Shown here: positions 13,229 to 26,532 of the stretch, one piece after another
Layout of the letters: each line of letters starts with the position of its first letter
Position numbering within the stretch: position 1 is the stretch's first letter
Origin: Mobula hypostoma
Taxonomy: Eukaryota
Direction: 5' to 3'
DNA: 64,000 bases
Assembly (NCBI RefSeq): GCF_963921235.1
Contig: NC_086097.1
Location: 38,380,001-38,444,000 of the forward strand
The notes under the pieces: generated by a model
The model's input: the letters and a program-made list of their open reading frames with translations, nothing else
Told to the model about the DNA's origin: nothing
Databases searched by the model: none
Program-made: the position numbers and the translations under genes

Positions 13229-14168
13229 TGAAAATGAGCAATTAATCTGGATTTTCACACCTTCTAAATGAAAATTTTGGAGAAACTTTGTTCATGATCT
13301 TTCAATGGTTAGATGGAATAAATTATAGGAGATTTGGAAGAGAAACAAGTGATGTTGCTGGTGATTAGGATCTGGTCAGACAGCAATAGAATTTTAATTG
13401 AAGAGTTTGAAGAATTGCAAGTACCTGGGAAGAACATACGCGCCTCTGTGTTGGAAGTGACGCATGGTTCTACTTGCTCTGAATCGTGAACAACCCCAGG
13501 AAAAGTAGCCATGTAAAAAGGGCCTGGGCAGGGAGCGCCAATACCATGCCCCTATCATAGAAATGCACTACCAGGAAACAAAAATCCCGGAGATGTAGAA
13601 GAGCAAACTTTCTGAGTGGTTGTGAATAAGTAAGTGAGTTAAGAGAGAGAGGGAGTGTGTGTGTGTGTGTGAATCATGGTTGGGAGTGGAGGGGATTGAA
13701 TGGAAGTGGAAATATCTTCATTTTGATCCTAAAACTTAAGAAAATTCACACCAAGTTTTTCTTAATTTACCATCAAAGAAAATCCATTATCTTTATTTAC
13801 ATTGTGAGGTGCATTTATTAGTTTTAACAGGTGAACAGGCCAATTAATAATTTCACCTTTTGAAGATCAAAATAAAAACAAACAAAATCTATAATGCCCG
13901 TCCCACTATCATGTAAAACTCTTGTTTTCCTTGTGTGCAGTCGGAAAGAAAAGTTACTGACTGGAACCATTAACCCTGATCCTCTGTCAATTGATGCTGC
14001 CCGAACTGTTGAGTGTTGCCAGCTTTTCACATTTTTAGTATCTGCAAACATTTTCCTTGGGGATTAAATTCAGTTTCCCTTTCCCATTCTCATTCACAAA
14101 TTAACGATATTCAGACTATGTATGTAGAGCACACATATATTATTTGACCAACTCTGTGTGGATATCAA

Positions 14169-15890
14169 CAGTGCCTTGTAGAAGTATTCAGCCCCCAAAC
14201 CTTTGTTCATATAAATGAGTATTACAACCAGGGATTTTGATCAATTTAACTGAGAGTTTTTATTTGTGAATCACATGTTCCTTTTCTCATTGTAGAACCC
14301 AAACAACAGGGAAATTGTAAAGCATGAAAAACTAAAAATTCAACAACTGAAATGTCAGCAGTTCAAAAGTTCCCTTTTGCTCGGTACATAGTTGAAGCAC
14401 CTCTCACAGCAATTGCAACCAGTCATCTTTTGGGATGTCTCTTTTAGCTTTACACAATGAGATCTGCCCATTCTTCCTTGCAAAATTGCTCAAGCCACGC
14501 CAGGTTAATTGGAAACTGGTGGTGGACAGCAATCTTGAGGCCTTGCTAGAGATGTCTGATCATGTTATGGTCTGAACTCTGCCTGGGACGTCCTGCTGGA
14601 AGACAAACTTCCTCCCCAGTTTAAGCTTTCTGGCAGAGGCTAGCACATTTTAATCCAGGATCTCTTTTATTTAGCAGCGTTCATCTTCCCATCAATCCTG
14701 ACCAAATTTCTAGTCCCTGCTGCTGAAAAGCATTCCCGTAGCATGATGTTACCTCCACCATACTTTACAGTACAGATGGTGTTACCTGGCTGATGCAGAG
14801 TATTAGATTTGTACTACATGTACCACTTAGTGTTCAGGCCAAAAAGTTCCACTTTAGTCTCATCTGACTACAAGACCTTTCACATCTTTGCAGTATCTTC
14901 TAAGTGACACTTTGCAAAGTCTTTACTGGCAAGGATATGCTTTCTTTTAAGCCAGGGCTTCTTCCTTGCCACTCTTCCATAAATGCCCTTTTTTGTACAA
15001 GGCCTTGGAGATTGTGGAGCCACGAACTTCATCTCCAGTTGCAGGCACTGACTTCTGCAGCTCACTCAGAGTGGCTGTTGGCATCACAGTAGCCTCTCTT
15101 ACAAGTGCCTTTCTTCTTCAGCAACTAAGCTTAGAGGGGCAGCCTGACCTAAAGCTGTGTGGCTGTGGTTTCATATTTTTTCCGCTTTTTCACAATGGAC
15201 GGCACTGAGCTCCAAGGTATGTTCAGTGTCCTCGAGATGATCTTGTACCCTCCCCCAGATTTGTGCTTCTCTATTCTCATTTCCCTGATTTGTCCTGAAT
15301 ACCTTTTTGTCTTCATTTTGGTTTGTTCTGTTGAAAATTGAATTGACTTTATTTTTTACCACCTCCATGTAGATGAGGAATAAAAATCTTTATGTTACAT
15401 CTCTGTCTAAATGTGCAATTTATAGTAATTTGTAATGAATAGTATGTACAACAGGACAGTCAATATAGCATAGAAATATAATTGTATCAGCATGAATCAA
15501 TCAGTCCGATGGCCTGGTGGAAGAAGCTGTCCTGGAGCCTGTTGGTCCCGGCTCTTATGCTGACATACCGTTGGAAACTTACAGAGAGAGAGGGATTTAT
15601 TCAGGTGATCCTCCAATTTTCTACATCAACGGATTGAGCGAGTTGGTACGGTAATATACAGCATTGTACTGGAGAAAAGTTAGTGCAATAATTACAAAGG
15701 AGATGAATACTTTTTCAGCCTCACAATTTTGGTTTTTAACTTTTAGTTAATTGTTGGCAAGTTTTAGAATTTTTCTTTTGATTTTACATGATGCACACTG
15801 TTTTGTAGATTAGCTTAAAAAGTCCGACTTCAATATATTTTAAATTTAGAAACTGAGACCATAAAATATGAAAACAGTTGTGGGGGCTGA
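14169..15890 (-). mobile_element. Tc1/mariner DNA transposon relic with transposase pseudogene
   Basis: TIR CAGTGCCTTGTAGAAGTATTCAGCCCCCA at 14169 and partial inverse TGGGGGCTGA at 15881-15890; minus-strand GYKIISRTLNIPWSSV, GRVARKKPWL, SDETKVELFG; nested LINE tail at about 15337-15570. Confidence 0.85.
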
Positions 15891-15976
15891 TGATCATCTT
15901 CTCAGAAAACATATTGGTGAGACACTGAGATTTTGAATGCTTTTCCTTCATATATTCAGGCAGCTTTTTCTAATAA

Positions 15977-16210
<234 letters not shown>

Positions 16211-17833
16211 TGAATCATTTATTTGAAGCTGATCAATAATGTAAATGGAATTTGGTTGGGTTTATGATTTAAGATCATTTTTTAAAGAAATGTAGTCCTA
16301 CAATTTTAAACGAGCACATTATAGAAAACTTAATTCTACAAAAATAATGACCTTAAATATCTTTGGGACCAGAGAAGACAGCATCGTTGTCACAGGTAGC
16401 AAATGTTGTTATCATAGACAGCAAACATTGTTATTATAGATGCCATCACTGAGGTCTGATATAAGTTGTGGCACTTTAAGCAATTCATCAATGTCTGTAT
16501 CTCATTCGATTGTGATTGCCTGTTATTAACTATCAGGTGTCTAATATCTGTTTGAAATCAACACTTTGCAGTAAATGCTCCTTCAACTCTGTGTTAATTT
16601 CTCATGAAAGATGCTCAGAATTAGTTATTATTGAAGTTTTGTCAACTTCATTCCGACTGTCTGATAGGTGTAAATATTGCCAAAGCCTGAAGAATGTGGA
16701 TCTTACTTTAGCACAAATGCAGAATAGTATGGACAAAATGCTTTAAACCAAGATGCTTTATCTTAAGAAGTAGAAATTGTGCATTGTATTTCTGTGCCCT
16801 TTAGCAACATTTAATGTCACTGCTAGGGAGTTCTTGACATGCACTCCATGAAAGGTGTGTAGAGAAGATGATTGAAATGTAATCAGAATCTTCTGCCTCA
16901 GCATCATTCTTTGTAGAAGTCCTGAAGTCTAGATCTGCTGGTGGTTTTATCTTCTACCTGTGTGATTGAAGCCATGTGGTGAATCCAGGCAGATAGTGCA
17001 AGCTTCCAAATGCTTTCCACCACTTGTCCTGGGAAATCTGCCCACTGAGCCTGGATAAACAGCCCCATTGAAACCAACAGGGTGATATCTATCACAAGAA
17101 CAATAAATAGATCTTTTTAATTTGGTAATTTTAAATTAAATTAAATGGTACCTAGACAGACAGAATTTTAAATATATTTGATTGCTTTAAAGTATATGCT
17201 TTGTAGAGTATTATTATTATTAGTATTATTATTTTATTTTCCAGTGCTTTCCGGGGTGTTTTTAAACATTTGTAATGTCAAAGTGGGTCTGGTTGGAAGA
17301 ACAGTCTTGCCAGTTATAAAGGACTTACTGGGAAAACTGAGGAATAGGCAAGATAGCCCCACAAATCTGCCCCACTTTCGATGAGATGGAGCTGAGAAAG
17401 TGGGAGTTGTCCTCCTCCCAGTGAAACATTGACCCTGGAACACACTGGAAGAGCAGCTTGGTCCAAGGGCAGGCCTCGTGGTAATTTCAGCCTTGTGGTC
17501 TGCCCGTGGTTCAGTCTTGGTGGATAAAGTGGATGTCCATAGAAACATGGGCAACCTATAACTGAAGGCATGTACCCTAACCCCAGCATGAGTAAATAAG
17601 CTGATGGGCAGTTGTTAGGGCAGTGGGACTATGGTGCTGAAAATGTTCTTCAGAAGTACTGAGCTGAAATGGGGTGTAGGAGACATGGTTGTGTCTTTTT
17701 GCAGGGAAGGGATTTCAAATGAGTCTGTGGAGATGGTGGTGGTGCTGCTATAGAACTGTCTAAATCCTGAAGCAATGGGTAACAGCACAGTTATACTTTA
17801 TGGAGTCCACCATTAGGGAGAATCCTCAGTACA

Positions 17834-18300
17834 GAATTGAATTGAATTGACTTTATTTCTTATACCCTTCACATACACGAGGAGTAAAAATCTTTACGTT
17901 ACGTCTCTGTCTAAATGTGCAATGTGAAATCATAGTAATTTATAATAAACAGAACGGTCAATATAACATAAAAATACACTCAAATCAGCTTGAGTTAATC
18001 AGGCTGATGGCCTGGTGGCAGAAGCTGTCCTGGAGCCTGTTAGTCCTGGTTTTTATGCTGTGGTACTGTTTCCCAGATGGTAGCAGCTGGAAGATTGTGT
18101 TTGGGGTGACTCAGGTTCCCAACGATCCTTTACACACTTGTCTTTGTAAATGTCCTGAATCATGGGAAGTTCACAACTGCAGGTGCGCTGGGCTGTCCGC
18201 ATCACTCTCTGCAGAGTCCTGCGATTGAGGGAGGCACAGTTCTCACACCAGGCAGTGATGCAGCCAGTCAGGATGCTCTCAATTGTGCCCCTGTAGAAAG
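17834..18300 (-). mobile_element. Rex1/Babar-type LINE 3' end with (AATTC)n tail
   Basis: Minus-strand FYRGTIESILTGCITAW; same 3' sequence as the insert at 15337-15570. Confidence 0.75.
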
Positions 18301-18572
18301 GTTTTGGAATAGAGTGCCAGTATTGAAATCAGCATGAACTGAGATGAAATATGTCCATAAGGTGAATTATAAAGAGTAGGTTTTCTAACAGCAAATTCAG
18401 GTATCAAGGCAGGAATGCCTCATTAATATCTCAGCAACTTAGAACTTGACATCTTTTTAACTCTCAAAATTTGTCACTAAACATTTGTTTATATTGTTGC
18501 TGTTTGGCTCCAGTAATTTTGTGATGAATGAAAAAGCAATAATTAAGGAGTTTTATTTACTGTGGAATGTGA

Positions 18573-18794
<222 letters not shown>

Positions 18795-19194
18795 TAAAGT
18801 AATAGTATAAATTTATCAGTACCAATCTCTCCCATGGTGTGTTTTGTTGGTGCAGGAATATTTGCCAAAACATCAAGTTCACATTGACCAAAACAGTACT
18901 TTTTCTTCTGAAAGAAGTATTTCACCGAACATATTACATTGTGCATAAGAGAGCAGAACTAAACTTGGTTTGACCAGAAATGTGCAAAACAACCCATTAA
19001 AAATTATGAAGGATATTGTCCTTGAAAATGGTAAACAGTAAGCTTGCCAGAATGACAGATCGTTAATGATTTTCCTTCCAGAAAATTACGTTGACCTGGT
19101 TTGATTGCATTAGACTTCTCTAAATCACTAACCATTTTTCCTCAATTAGATTAAATGGTCTACAGTTACCCATTTATTCTCTCTCTCTCTGTAC

Positions 19195-20810
19195 TTTAGC
19201 AAGGGTATGACAGTATGATAACTACTTTACATAGTGTACTCCAAACTGCTCGATTCTACCTCGTACTCAAGATCCACAAACCTAAATGCCCCTGTTCCTG
19301 CCCCATTGAACTTGTGTTCTCAAACTTCAACTCCATTTTGTGCCCCTTGGTTCAATTTCTTCTAACTTGTATCGTGACACTTCACATTCTCTCCATCACT
19401 TCAACTTTCAGTACCCTGACTGACCCTACCCACCATGGACATCCAGTCCCTGTACATTTCCATCTCCCACAAGGAAGGCCTTAAGGTTTTCTGCTTCTTA
19501 CTGATAACAGTAATCAGTTTTCCTCCCCCAGCACCACCACCTTCTGGCAAAACTGGTACTTAACCTCAACTTCCCAACTTCAGATAATCCACCCCTTTCT
19601 CTCTTTCTCCATTCCCCATTCTGACTCCTCTCGCCCCTTCTCCTTTCCTCACATGCCAAACACCTCCCTCTGATACCCCTCCTCCTCTCATTTATCCCAT
19701 GGTCCAATCTCCTGTCCTTTCAGATTCCTCCTCCTTTAGTCCTTCTACCTATCAGCTCCCTATTTCTAACCACCCCACTCCTTCACACCTACCCATTTTC
19801 CCCTCACCTGGTTTCATCTATCACTTGTCAGCTTGTACTGCTTCCCCTTCCCTACCTTATTCTGGCTTCATACTCCTTTCAATCGACTATTTATTCCTCT
19901 CCATAGATCCTCCCTGACCTGCTGAGTTTCTCAGTATTTTGAGTGTGTTGCTCTTAACCTCAACAATTTTACTTTCAGCTCCTCCCACTTTCTCCAGGCG
20001 GAAGATGTAGCCAACTTATGGACACTCACAAGGGTTTCAGATGTGCCAGCCTTTTCATCAGCTGTGTGGTCCAATCTGTGTTTCAAGCCTACACCAGCAA
20101 CATTCCCAAAGTGTTTCTACACTACAACTGCATTGGTACTGCTTCCTGCACCCATGCTGGGCTCATCAATTTCTCCAACAATTTCCATCCTGCCCCCTTT
20201 CTTGACTTCTCTGTCTCCATCTCTGGAGACAAAGTCTACTGACCCTCACAGTCATCTCGACCATACTTCTTCCTACCCTATCCCTTCTCTTGCTTCCTTC
20301 ACCTCCACTGCATCTGTTCTCAGGATGAGGCTACCCGTCCCTCCACCAAGATAACAAGAGTGGATAGAGGGATCCCGTTGTCGTTACTTACCACCCCATG
20401 AGCTTCTGTATCTAGCACACCATTCCATGCAAGCTCTGCCATCTGCAGTGGATTCCTACCACCAGGCACAGCTTTCCCTCTCCCAACTTCTCCCCTACAG
20501 CCCCCCTCCCTCACCCCTGGCTTTCTGCAGTAATCACTCTTCGTGACCCCCTTGTCCACTTGCCACTCCCCACTGATCTCCCTCTGGCACTTAGCCCTGC
20601 AACTGTGCTAAATGCTACACCTGCCATAAACCCCTGCACCTCCTCCCTTACCGCCATTCAGGGCCCTAAACAGATCTTCCAAATGCGGCAGTATTTCTCC
20701 TGAAAGTCTGTCAGGGTGATCTATTATATCTGGTGCTCCCAGTGCGGCCTCCTCTACATCGGTGTGACTCAGTGTAGATTAGGGGCTGCTTCATACAGCA
20801 CTTTCACTCA
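19195..20810 (+). mobile_element. Decayed Penelope-like element (RT to GIY-YIG) with a nested PLE 3'-end insertion at 19571-19952
   Basis: QTARFYLVLKIHKP...SCPIELV (PLE RT) and CGLLYIG (GIY-YIG); nested piece flanked by 12-bp TSD CTTAACCTCAAC (19559-19570 and 19953-19964). Confidence 0.75.
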
Positions 20811-20811
20811 G

Positions 20812-20945
20812 TCCAACATGGCTTTATAAAAGAAAAAGCATATTTAGTAAACTTGCTAAAGTTCTTTGAAGATATTGCAAACAGTCAGTAGAGGAGAACC
20901 TATAGATGTAGTGCTTTTGGATTTTATAGACAAGGTGCCACATTG
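20812..20945 (+). mobile_element. CR1 RT fragment left of the minisatellite; continues at about 23660-23990
   Basis: QHGFIKEKAYLVNLLKFFED...DVVLLDF...DKVPH. Confidence 0.7.
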
Positions 20946-20947
20946 AG

Positions 20948-23637
20948 GGAGTGTGAGAATTGAGGATCTAGTGAGAGGAGGAGGAGTGTGAGAATTGAGG
21001 ACCTAGTGAGAGGAGGAGGTGAGAACAGATGATCTAGTGAGTGAGGAGGAGTGTTAGAACAGAGGACCTAGTGATTGGAGAGGAGTGTTAGAACAGAGGA
21101 TCTAGTGAGAGGAGAGGAGTGTTAGGACAGAGGATCTAGTGTGAGAACAGAGGACCTAGTGAGTGGAGAGAGTGTGAGAACAGAGGACCTAGTGAGTGAA
21201 ATGGAGTGTGAGAACAGAGGACCTAGTGAGTGAAGAGGAGTGTGAACAGCGGACCTAGTGAGAGGAGAGGAGTGTGAGAACAGAGGACCTAGTGAGAGGG
21301 GAGGAGTGTTAGAACAGAGGACCTAGTGATTGGAGAGGAGTGTTAGAACAGAGGATCTAGTGAGAGGAGAGGAGTGTTAGGACAGAGGATCTAGTGTGAG
21401 AACAGAGGACCTAGTGAGTGGAGAGGAGTGTGAGAACAGAGGACCTAGTGAGTGAAATGGAGTGTGAGAACAGAGGACCTAGTGAGTGAAGAGGAGTGTG
21501 AACAGAGGACCTAGTGAGAGGAGAGGAGTGTGAGAACAGAGGACCTAGTGAGAGGGGAGGAGTGTTAGAACAGAGGACCTAGTGATTGGAGAGGAGTGTT
21601 AGAACAGAGGATCTAGTGAGAGGAGAGGAGTGTTAGGACAGAGGATCTAGTGTGAGAACAGAGGACCTAGTGAGTGGAGAGGAGTGTGAGAACAGAGGAC
21701 CTAGTGAGTGAAATGGAGTGTGAGAACAGAGGACCTAGTGAGTGAAGAGGAGTGTGAACAGCGGACCTAGTGAGAGGAGAGGAGTGTGAGAACAGATGAC
21801 CTAGTGAGAGGGGAGGAGTGTTAGAACAGAGGACCTAGTGATTGGAGAGGAGTGTTAGAACAGAGGATCTAGTGAGAGGAGAGGAGTGTTAGGACAGAGG
21901 ATCTAGTGTGAGAACAGAGGACCTAGTGAGTGGAGAGTGTGAGAACAGAGGACCTAGTGAGTGAAATGGAGTGTGAGAACAGAGGACCTAGTGAGTGAAG
22001 AGGAGTGTGAACAGAGGACCTAGTGAGAGGAGAGGAGTGTGAGAACAGAGGACCTAGTGAGTGAAATGGAGTGTGAGAACAGAGGACCTAGTGAGTGAAG
22101 AGGAGTGTGAACAGCGGACCTAGTGAGAGGAGAGGAGTGTGAGAACAGAGGACCTAGTGAGAGGGGAGGAGTGTTAGAACAGAGGACCTAGTGATTGGAG
22201 AGGAGTGTTAGAACAGAGGATCTAGTGAGAGGAGAGGAGTGTTAGGACAGAGGATCTAGTGTGAGAACAGAGGACCTAGTGAGTGGAGAGGAGTGTGAGA
22301 ACAGAGGACCTAGTGAGTGAAATGGAGTGTGAGAACAGAGGACCTAGTGAGTGAAGAGGAGTGTGAACAGCGGACCTAGTGAGAGGAGAGGAGTGTGAGA
22401 ACAGATGACCTAGTGAGAGGGGAGGAGTGTTAGAACAGAGGACCTAGTGATTGGAGAGGAGTGTTAGAACAGAGGATCTAGTGAGAGGAGAGGAGTGTTA
22501 GGACAGAGGATCTAGTGTGAGAACAGAGGACCTAGTGAGTGGAGAGTGTGAGAACAGAGGACCTAGTGAGTGAAATGGAGTGTGAGAACAGAGGACCTAG
22601 TGAGTGAAGAGGAGTGTGAACAGAGGACCTAGTGAGAGGAGAGGAGTGTGAGAACAGAGGACCTAGTGAGTGAAATGGAGTGTGAGAACAGAGGACCTAG
22701 TGAGTGAAGAGGAGTGTGAACAGAGGACCTAGTGAGAGGAGAGGAGTGTGAGAACAGAGGACCTAGTGAGAGGGGAGGAGTGTTAGAACAGAGGACCTAG
22801 TGATTGGAGAGGAGTGTTAGAACAGAGGATCTAGTGAGAGGAGAGGAGTGTTAGGACAGAGGATCTAGTGTGAGAACAGAGGACCTAGTGAGTGGAGAGG
22901 AGTGTGAGAACAGAGGACCTAGTGAGTGAAATGGAGTGTGAGAACAGAGGACCTAGTGAGTGAAGAGGAGTGTGAACAGCGGACCTAGTGAGAGGAGAGG
23001 AGTGTGAGAACAGATGACCTAGTGAGAGGGGAGGAGTGTTAGAACAGAGGACCTAGTGATTGGAGAGGAGTGTTAGAACAGAGGATCTAGTGAGAGGAGA
23101 GGAGTGTTAGGACAGAGGATCTAGTGTGAGAACAGAGGACCTAGTGAGTGGAGAGTGTGAGAACAGAGGACCTAGTGAGTGAAATGGAGTGTGAGAACAG
23201 AGGACCTAGTGAGTGAAGAGGAGTGTGAACAGAGGACCTAGTGAGAGGAGAGGAGTGTGAGAACAGAGGACCTTGTGAGTGAAGAGTGTGAGAACAGAGG
23301 ACCTAGTGAGAGGAGAGGAGTGTGAGAACAGAGGACCTAGTGAGAGGAGAGGAGTGTGAGAACAGAGGACCTAGTGAGAGGGGAGGAGTGTGAGAACAGA
23401 CGATCTAGTGAGTGAGGAGGAGTGTTGGGACAGAGGACCTAGTGAGTGAAGAGGAGTGTTGGGACAGAGGACCTAGTGAGTGAAGGAGGAGTGTTGGGAC
23501 AGAGGACCTAGTGAGTGAAGGAGGAGTGTTGGGACAGAGGACCTAGTGAGTGGAGAGGAGTGTGAACAGAGGACTTTGTGAGTGAAGGAGGAGTGTGAGA
23601 ACAGAGGACTTTGTGAGAGGAGAGGAGTGTGAGAACA
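20948..23637 (+). repeat. Purine-rich minisatellite, 34-bp monomer GAACAGAGGACCTAGTGAGAGGAGAGGAGTGTGA, with higher-order structure
   Basis: Diagnostic variant GTGATTGG recurs at 21071, 21326, 21582, 21838, 22191, 22447, 22800, 23056. Confidence 0.97.
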
Positions 23638-25009
23638 TCACTCAATGAGCCCGAAGTTGCTTTCAGATAGATAGATTTTTGGAATTTTACTGTGGATGGC
23701 TTGAGTGCATGGGTAAAAATTTGGTAAATGGAATTTAATGTGTGAAAATGAGGTTGTATACTTTGACATGAGCAATTGAGGAGCAGATTTTTATTTAACC
23801 AGAGGGAAGTTCCTCTGTACTGCACTTATTTGCAGTACAAGGTTAGCAAGTAGTTGGAGTAGTAATGGAACATTGGTCTTTATTGCAGGAGACTGGAGTT
23901 TAAAAAATAATACTGTTACAACTGTGCAGGGTATTGGTGAGGACACATGTGGAGTGTTGACACAGTTTTGGTCACCTTCTTTAAGATCCAAGGAACTTTG
24001 GACTTGCATACCAAGGTCCCTTTGTTCCACAATAGTCCTGATGCACGATGTATCTTCTAGCCTTATTAGTGCTCCCAGAATGCGTCACTCAACATCTCTC
24101 AGGATTTAAAACCATCTCCCATTTCTTAGCTCATTTCAACAAAGCATAAAACCCTGGAGCTTAAGAACAGAGACTAGTTACCAACAATTCAACAAATCCT
24201 AGTGACATCTGTAAATCTGCCAATCATGTCACCTACATCCACATCCAAATCGTTCATATTTATTACAAATAGCAAGGGTCCCAGTGCTGGTACTTGTGGG
24301 GGTTGTGAAGGAATGGACCTGTTCAGTGTGCAAGCTTCGCCATTGCAATGAGTTCCTTGGGCCTTCAGCAAAATAGAACTTGGCTTTATTCGGCCTTGCA
24401 ATAATCTATGCTTCTCCAGAGCAAGAACAGATTGAGAAATTCACAACTCTTTAACTATTTTATTTAAAATTCTTAAAAAATAATAAAAAGTCCAGCTTGA
24501 TTCATTTGTACTCCTAAACTTATTTATGAAGTGTATATATATCTGATTTCACTTCAAATAGCATGGAGAAAATTTTACCCCGAGCTCAAATACAGTTTTG
24601 ACTTTTATTTCTTCCTTCAACGTATTAAAATAAGCTTCATTTGCAATAACCTCTTTAAAACAATTCAATTGTGTCAAATTACATTCCTGTTTATTGCATC
24701 AACTTGGTGCTAAATTTCAATAGGAATATTCGAAGCTTTTCAGAGATGGCCTGAACTTTAGACATTGAATGTTCACAGTTTTTGGTGAAAAAGATCAAAA
24801 GATTGTTCATCAGGAGCTTCCAACGCCAGATGTGTTTTATGTTTTCTGAATTGTCTATAAAGCCTTCTTTTATTCATTTCACAGTAAAAAATTAACTGCA
24901 TGTTTGCCTGTTAGTTAAGTCAACGGCTGGTTATTTGCTTAATTGTGTAACACTATCATCCATTTAATATAGTTGGCAGTAAAACTTACCATTGTATAAA
25001 GTCAAATAC

Positions 25010-25560
25010 AAATGCTGGAACTTGGCTCCATCATGAGCACTGGCCTCCATGGTATAAGACTGTAGACATTTAGACTTAGGAGCAGAATTAGGCCATTCAG
25101 CCATCGAGTCTGCTCCTGCATTTCATCATGGCTGATCCCGGATACTATTCGACCCCATGTACCTGCCCAATCACCATATCCCTTGATGCCCTGACCAATC
25201 AGGAAACTATCATCTTCTGCTTTAAGTATCTACAAGGAGCGATGCCTCAAAAAGGTGGCATCGCCCTCTTCTCATTGCTACCATCGGGAAGGAGGTGCAG
25301 AAGCCTGAAGGCACACTCTCAACAATTCAGGAACAATTTCTTCCCCTCTGCCATCCAATTTCTGAATGGACACTGAACCCATGAACATGACCTCACTACA
25401 TTTAAATTTCTATTTTTTTGCACTACTCATTTCATTTAACTATTTCATATACCTAATAAATATTCACATTTTCACTGTTATTATGTATTGCACTGTACTG
25501 CCGCACAGACAACAGATTTCATTACGCATGCCGGTGATATTAGACTTGATTAAAATGTAG
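25010..25560 (+). mobile_element. Rex1-type LINE 3' end with an inverted CR1 tail inserted at about 25060-25230
   Basis: LFSLLPSGRRCRSLKAHSQQFRNNFFPSAIQFLN C-terminal motif. Confidence 0.7.
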
Positions 25561-26001
25561 GTTTAATTTTACCTATTTCCCCTCCCCTCCCCTCCCACCA
25601 TCTTTGCTGAACATACTAATAACATATCTCCAATACACTCTTACTTCTAAAATGCTATGCCATTTTGAAAACACAGCATAGAAATCGTTTGTTACTCACT
25701 TATAAATAAAGATGAATATGTAGTCACGTCCAGCAAGAAAAATCATTTATTCGTTGCATGTGTGTGGAATTGACAGTAGATGTATTGCAAATATTTTATT
25801 GTCTTTATTCTTGGTTTTAGTTAACCTACTTGTAAGTACTGATACATATCCAGAAATAGCAACACTAACATTTCACCAGCTACAGCAGTAAAAGTATGCT
25901 GTTGCATATTTACCAGTACTTATGTTCATTGTATTATTGTGATGTTTGTTTTGTTTTGTATTGCATTTTGTTTCTGGCTTTGGCTGTGATGTAACTAAAA
26001 G

Positions 26002-26022
26002 GTGATTCTGCTGACAAAGCAG
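26002..26022 (+). CDS. EML5: EML5 21-nt microexon (GDSADKA)
   Basis: aaag|GTGATTCTGCTGACAAAGCAG|gtaaga; phase 1-1; matches recalled human GDSADMS. Confidence 0.9.
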
Positions 26023-26434
26023 GTAAGAAATCTCAAATATTTGGCCTATGCCCTTCCCTTCTCTTGACTGACAGCTTAAAAATTGTTGTCCTTTGTTTAA
26101 AATTGACGGCTGCCCAAAAGCTGAAGGCTGCAAACACACTATGATTAACCTATTAGAAATTGCAGTTGAGTTTCAAGTTCCATTTCAAAAATAACTTCAT
26201 TCTCTTGATGTTATACATCACTCTCAAGGCTAATCATAATTTCATTGAAACCTTTGCAATTAATGTTTTCCTTATTAAATATAAACTTTAGCTACATTAC
26301 AGATTATATGGACAGTTACAAGAGTAAAACAATTCACATTTTAAAAAAACACTAAAATACTTAAAAATCATTGCAATTTAATTGTATCATGGTTGTCAAA
26401 CTGAAACCAAATCGTAGCAGGTGTAATTATGTTA

Positions 26435-26532
26435 CATACATCAAAGTTGCTGGTGAACACAGCAGGCCAAGCAGCATCTATAGGAAGAGGCGCAGTCGAC
26501 GTTTCGGGCCGAGACCCTTCGTCAGGACTAAC
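26435..26532 (-). mobile_element. ~98-bp Penelope-derived mini-insertion with 13-bp TSD
   Basis: TGTAATTATGTTA duplicated at 26422-26434 and 26533-26545; body matches the PLE terminal repeat seen at 3230-3325 and 30347-30440. Confidence 0.85.
26493..26530 (-). ncRNA. Minimal type-I hammerhead ribozyme motif with intact core
   Basis: UAGUC-CUGACGA-A-GGGU(CUCG)GCCC-GAAA-CG-UC^GACUG; stem I, stem II and all core nucleotides present; palindromic ACGU in place of stem III. Confidence 0.82.

Noticed and set aside
20948..23637. CRISPR-like array or repetitive coding region
   Set aside because: No unique spacers, vertebrate intron context, and stop codons recur in the monomers; ORF 23508-23825 is incidental
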